Shown piece by piece: positions 28,212-32,000 of a DNA stretch of 32,000 nt (position 1 is its first letter; every line of letters starts with the position of its first letter). The DNA comes from Marinobacter salexigens (GTDB taxonomy: Bacteria > Pseudomonadota > Gammaproteobacteria > Pseudomonadales > Oleiphilaceae): assembly GCF_018860765.1 (NCBI RefSeq), contig NZ_JAHKPV010000021.1, positions 978,667 to 1,010,666 on the forward strand, given 5' to 3'. The position numbers were made by a program, and so were the translations under genes. The notes below the pieces were generated by a model, which worked only from the letters and a program-made list of their open reading frames with translations, searched no databases and was not told the origin of the DNA.

Positions 28212-29630
28212 ATGACACAACTGGTTTGGTTCAGAAACGACCTAAGAATCGCCGACAATCCCGCCCTTACCGCTGCCTGCAAAGAATCCGACCAGTCGGG
28301 AAGCCGAGTACAGGTTCGTGCCTGTTTTATCCTCACACCAGCTCAATGGCAGGAGCACGACTGGTCGCCAGCGCGGGTGCAGTTTGTTGTTGCCCACGCA
28401 AACGCACTGGCGGAAGAATTGGCAGAACTCGGCATACCGCTGTCTTTTATAGTGGCTGAACATTTCAGCGACAGCGTCACTGCGCTTGAAAACCATTGCC
28501 GTAAACATGGCATTCGCCAACTGCACTTTAATGAAGAGTATGGCATCAACGAGCGCAAGCGCGACAAAGCCGTAAAACATCGCTTTGACGAACTGGACAT
28601 AAAAGCCCGCAAGTACCACGACCAAACCGTCGCGCCGGTAGGCGAGATACTAACGGGCCAGGGCGAGCCGTATTCCGTGTTCACCCCCTTCTCACGACGC
28701 TGGCGTAACTGGATTGATGAGACCCAGCCAGCTCTCTATCCGATTCCTCAAGCACAAGGCGAAGCTATAGAGCCAGAACGCATAACAAGCATTCCTGAAG
28801 GCTTCGAAGATGCGCCACCAGCATTGGTAGAGACCGGCGAAGACGCAGCGCATTCGCAGCTTGAACGCTTTCTCAGCGAACAGGGCGGCGCCTACAAGGA
28901 ACAAAGAGACTTCCCCGCTCTTGATGGCACCAGCCAGCTTTCTCCTTACCTCGCCAACGGCGTGCTCTCCGGCCGCCAGTGCTTGATAGCGGCGCGGCAA
29001 GCGCAAAGTATGGGTGGCAATCAAGAAGGCTTCCTAACATGGATAAACGAAATCGCCTGGCGGGATTTCTACATCCATACGTTGTACCACTGCCCGAGGG
29101 TGAGTATGCACCGTGCCTTCAAGCCAGAAACCGAAGCGCTACAATGGAACGACCCGGGGGAGCACTTCGAGGCTTGGAAAACCGGCAACACAGGCATTCC
29201 TTTGGTAGACGCAGCCATGCGCCAGCTCAACCAAACCGGCTGGATGCACAACCGCTTGCGTATGGTTACGGCGATGTTTCTCACCAAAAACCTGTTTATC
29301 GACTGGCGACTGGGCGAGGCTTATTTCATGTCAAAACTGGTGGATGGCTTTCTGGCTTCCAACAATGGCGGTTGGCAGTGGAGCGCATCAACGGGCACTG
29401 ACGCCGCGCCATACTTCCGGGTATTCAACCCTGTGACTCAGAGTGAGCGTTTTGACCCGAAGGGTGAGTTCATTCGCAAGTGGGTGCCTGAGCTGGCAAA
29501 GCTGGATAATAAGCACATTCACGATCCGTCTATAGGCGGGGTTATTCCGGGTGGATACCCAAGGCCTATTGTTGATTTGAAGGAGAGTAGAAAGGAGGCG
29601 ATCGCCAGATTTAAAGCGTTAAAGGAGTAG
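28212..29630 (+). CDS. phrB: Deoxyribodipyrimidine (CPD) photolyase, class I
   Basis: 472 aa. The N-terminus is LVWFRNDLRIADNPAL. The FAD-binding C-terminus shows WREFY-like AWRDFY, GWMHNRLRM, NNGGWQW and YFRVFNP..Q...FDP.GEFIRKWVPEL. Confidence 0.92.
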   Translation: MTQLVWFRNDLRIADNPALTAACKESDQSGSRVQVRACFILTPAQWQEHDWSPARVQFVVAHANALAEELAELGIPLSFIVAEHFSDSVTALENHCRKHGIRQLHFNEEYGINERKRDKAVKHRFDELDIKARKYHDQTVAPVGEILTGQGEPYSVFTPFSRRWRNWIDETQPALYPIPQAQGEAIEPERITSIPEGFEDAPPALVETGEDAAHSQLERFLSEQGGAYKEQRDFPALDGTSQLSPYLANGVLSGRQCLIAARQAQSMGGNQEGFLTWINEIAWRDFYIHTLYHCPRVSMHRAFKPETEALQWNDPGEHFEAWKTGNTGIPLVDAAMRQLNQTGWMHNRLRMVTAMFLTKNLFIDWRLGEAYFMSKLVDGFLASNNGGWQWSASTGTDAAPYFRVFNPVTQSERFDPKGEFIRKWVPELAKLDNKHIHDPSIGGVIPGGYPRPIVDLKESRKEAIARFKALKE

Positions 29631-29645
29631 GTGCAGACTGGGTGC

Positions 29646-29756
29646 ATACGCAGGCGGGGAAGCCTCTCCAAAACACGCTGTGAATACGTCCCTGTACGCT
29701 CGGCTCCGCCATCCATGGCTCCACACGGTTTTGGAGAGGCTTCCCCGCCCGCGTAT
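29646..29756. repeat. Long inverted repeat (29-nt arms, 53-nt spacer) filling the phrB/moeB convergent gap; REP/MITE-like or bidirectional RNA stem
   Basis: The left arm, 29646-29674, is atacgcaggcggggaagcctctccaaaac. The right arm, 29728-29756, is its reverse complement with one mismatch (28 of 29). No flanking T-tract is present on either strand. Confidence 0.7.
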
Positions 29757-29762
29757 ATCAGC

Positions 29763-30512
29763 TTATTTCTTTCCGCAAACCGGGCAATCAGGGTCTTTTG
29801 CAAGCTTCATTTCACGCCACTGCATTTCCCACGCATCCAGAATCAGCAGCCTGCCCACAAGTGGAGTGCCTACCCCGGAAAGCACTTTAATAGCCTCCAT
29901 CGCCTGAACCGAGCCAATCATGCCAACCAGCGGCGCAATCACCCCAGCTTCGGAACAGGTCAGGTCTTCATTGCCCTGCTCTGGGTATAAACAGTGATAG
30001 CAAGGGGACTCGGGGTTTCTACTGTCATACACGCTGATCTGACCTTCACCCCGTATAGCTGCGCCCGAAATAAGCGGCACACCCGCCGCCACACAGGCGC
30101 GGTTAAGAGCAAATCTCGTGGCAAAGTTATCCGAGCAATCCAAAGCCAAGCTGACTCCAGCCACCTCCTGCGCAAAACCATCCTGATCAAGGCGACGATT
30201 AACCACAGAGATAGACACTGCTGGATGAATGCCGCGCACTCGGGCGGCCAGCGTCTCTGCTTTGGATTCGCCAATTTGTGCGGTTTCAAACGCTATCTGC
30301 CTCTGCAAATTAGGTAATTCGATAACATCGTCATCTACCAACGTTAAATGTCCAACACCAGCAGAGCCCAGATAAAGCGCGACCGGGCAACCCAACCCGC
30401 CAGAGCCGACAATCACAACGCGGGCAGTCTTTAACGCCTGCTGGCCAGCGATATCAAAACGCGGCATCAATATCTGGCGACTGAATCTCAGGAGTTCTTC
30501 ATCAGTGAGCAT
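29763..30512 (-). CDS. moeB: Molybdopterin-synthase adenylyltransferase (MoeB/ThiF family)
   Basis: 249 aa. It reads RFSRQI......VVIVGSGGLGCPVALYLGSAGVG.LTLVDDD.VELPNLQRQ, with C-terminal CxxC pairs (CYHC, CPVC). The prfA-prmC-moeB order matches that seen in other gammaproteobacteria. Confidence 0.88.
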   Translation of the reverse strand: MLTDEELLRFSRQILMPRFDIAGQQALKTARVVIVGSGGLGCPVALYLGSAGVGHLTLVDDDVIELPNLQRQIAFETAQIGESKAETLAARVRGIHPAVSISVVNRRLDQDGFAQEVAGVSLALDCSDNFATRFALNRACVAAGVPLISGAAIRGEGQISVYDSRNPESPCYHCLYPEQGNEDLTCSEAGVIAPLVGMIGSVQAMEAIKVLSGVGTPLVGRLLILDAWEMQWREMKLAKDPDCPVCGKK

Positions 30513-31368
30513 GGAGGGCTCCTTGTTGAGGCCATTGGCCCAGAGTCATGCGGTCGTTGCCGCCATAGTCTTTCCGGCTTTCCACCTTAGCAAACCCTCG
30601 GGTGGAGAGTAGCTCTTGAACAGCGCTTGCTTGATCAAATCCGTGCTCAATAAGCAGCCAGCCTTCAGCCTTTAGCCATTCAGGCGCTTCGCTTACAATC
30701 AAGCGGATATCATCCAAACCATCAGCGCCCGATACCAGTGCCGTAGCGGGTTCAAATCGAACATCGCCTTCACCAAGATGATGATCGCCAGAGGCAATGT
30801 AAGGTGGGTTCGACACAATCAGGTCGAAACGGCCTGCGGGCAACCCGGCAAACCATCGGCTGTGAAAAATCTCTACGGGCAGCTTCAGCTGACTGGCGTT
30901 TTCCTTTGCCAATGTTACTGCGTCTTCCATAAGGTCGCAGGCGCTGACCTGCCACTCGGGCCGTTCGCTCGCCAGCGCCAAAGCGATGGCGCCCGTGCCG
31001 GTGCCAAGGTCAACAACCTGAGCATTTTCCGGCAGTGGTAACTCTAGCGCCTGCTCAACAAGGCATTCGGTGTCTGGGCGCGGAATAAGTGTACTTTTAC
31101 TGACTTTAAACGGAAGCGACCAGAACTCTTGCTGGCCTAACAGGTAAGCAATCGGTACGCCCTGAATACGCTTAGCCACTAATGCTTCGAATTCTGTTGC
31201 TAGTTGCGCTTCCACTTCACGCTCAGGGAATGCCCGAAAGCCAGAACGGCTAAGACCGGTAATATGGGCAAGAAGCAACTCGGCATCGAGCCGCGAGGTG
31301 TCACTGGCGATTTGGCACGCAGCTTTTTCTAGCAATGCCTCGCAGGTTGGTAAGGACTTACTCGTCAT
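30502..31368 (-). CDS. prmC: Release-factor glutamine N5-methyltransferase PrmC (HemK)
   Basis: The ORF-track frame is 30502-31443. I place the start at ATG 31368 ([17 protein letters not shown]), giving 288 aa and an 11-nt overlap with the prfA end. It has the SAM motif [13 protein letters not shown] and the catalytic NPPY (SNPPYI). Confidence 0.9.
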   Translation of the reverse strand: MTSKSLPTCEALLEKAACQIASDTSRLDAELLLAHITGLSRSGFRAFPEREVEAQLATEFEALVAKRIQGVPIAYLLGQQEFWSLPFKVSKSTLIPRPDTECLVEQALELPLPENAQVVDLGTGTGAIALALASERPEWQVSACDLMEDAVTLAKENASQLKLPVEIFHSRWFAGLPAGRFDLIVSNPPYIASGDHHLGEGDVRFEPATALVSGADGLDDIRLIVSEAPEWLKAEGWLLIEHGFDQASAVQELLSTRGFAKVESRKDYGGNDRMTLGQWPQQGALHAH

Positions 31369-32000
31369 CGGAAAGCGTAGCCAAAAGCTCCGCCTGATGC
31401 TCTTGCTGTAGCGGTACAACCACAGAATCCAAATCGCCAGCAATCACGTCATCAAGCTTATAAAGCGTGAGGTTAATGCGATGATCTGTTACCCGGCCCT
31501 GCGGGAAATTGTAAGTGCGGATACGCTCAGAGCGGTCGCCACTGCCAACCAGACTTTTACGGGTTTCTGCCATGGTTTTTTGCTGTCGCTCAGTTTCGAC
31601 GTTCTGCAGCCGTGACGCCAGAAAGCTCATGGCCTTGGCACGGTTTTTATGCTGCGAACGCTCTTCCTGACACTCCACCACAATGCCGCTTGGCAAGTGC
31701 GTTATCCGGATGGCGGAATCGGTTTTGTTAACGTGCTGGCCGCCCGCGCCGGAGGACCGGAAGGTATCCACACGCAGGTCGGCTTTGTTGATCTCGATGG
31801 CCTCAGCCTCATCAGCCTCGGGCATAACAGCAACGGTACAGGCAGATGTGTGAATACGGCCCTGAGATTCGGTTTCCGGTACACGCTGCACCCGGTGCGC
31901 GCCAGACTCGAACTTCAGTGCACCGTATACGGCATCTCCGGCTACCCGTGCGATAATTTCCTTGTAGCCGCCGTGTTCGCCTTCGTTCTCGCTCAGCACT
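31358..32000 (-). CDS. prfA: Peptide chain release factor 1, C-terminal part (N-terminus outside the window)
   Basis: The frame is open to the window edge. It shows the GGQ motif in [26 protein letters not shown] and RF-1-type flanking sequence. It is followed by prmC as in the conserved operon. Confidence 0.92.
   Translation of the reverse strand, partial: VLSENEGEHGGYKEIIARVAGDAVYGALKFESGAHRVQRVPETESQGRIHTSACTVAVMPEADEAEAIEINKADLRVDTFRSSGAGGQHVNKTDSAIRITHLPSGIVVECQEERSQHKNRAKAMSFLASRLQNVETERQQKTMAETRKSLVGSGDRSERIRTYNFPQGRVTDHRINLTLYKLDDVIAGDLDSVVVPLQQEHQAELLATLSDDE

Overview
This is a 32-kb chromosomal segment that looks gammaproteobacterial, possibly marine; that taxonomic guess is inference from gene content only. 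The centre holds a complete, canonical type I-F1 CRISPR-Cas locus on the minus strand: cas1, cas2-3, csy1/cas8f, csy2/cas5f, csy3/cas7f, cas6f and a ~135-nt AT-rich leader. It is followed by a very large array of 110 copies of a 28-nt repeat and 109 spacers (6403-12974). The left flank carries a partial DctB-like sensor kinase that is missing from the ORF track, a TAXI-type TRAP transporter with a candidate sigma-54 promoter, a DJ-1/PfpI protein and a HAD hydrolase. The right flank carries amn and a tightly packed six-gene minus-strand operon: hypothetical, MscS-family channel, retropepsin-like DUF785, RimK, AstE/AspA-like metallohydrolase, YjbQ. After that come phrB, moeB, prmC and a partial prfA. 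I do not see convincing evidence for a wholly new defence system, and the CRISPR-Cas locus has no extra accessory genes. The observations most worth follow-up are: (1) two spacer pairs that overlap and rebuild their targets, one exposing the expected I-F CC/GG PAM, which fits primed adaptation; (2) the size and near-perfect uniformity of the array, including its terminal repeat; (3) the uncharacterised RimK-linked operon, a possible glutamylation writer/eraser module joined to a channel and an unknown protein; (4) a 29-bp-armed inverted repeat filling the phrB/moeB gap; (5) decayed coding sequence at the leader-distal end of the array. No database searches or computations were run. All calls rest on manual reading, motif recognition and translation.
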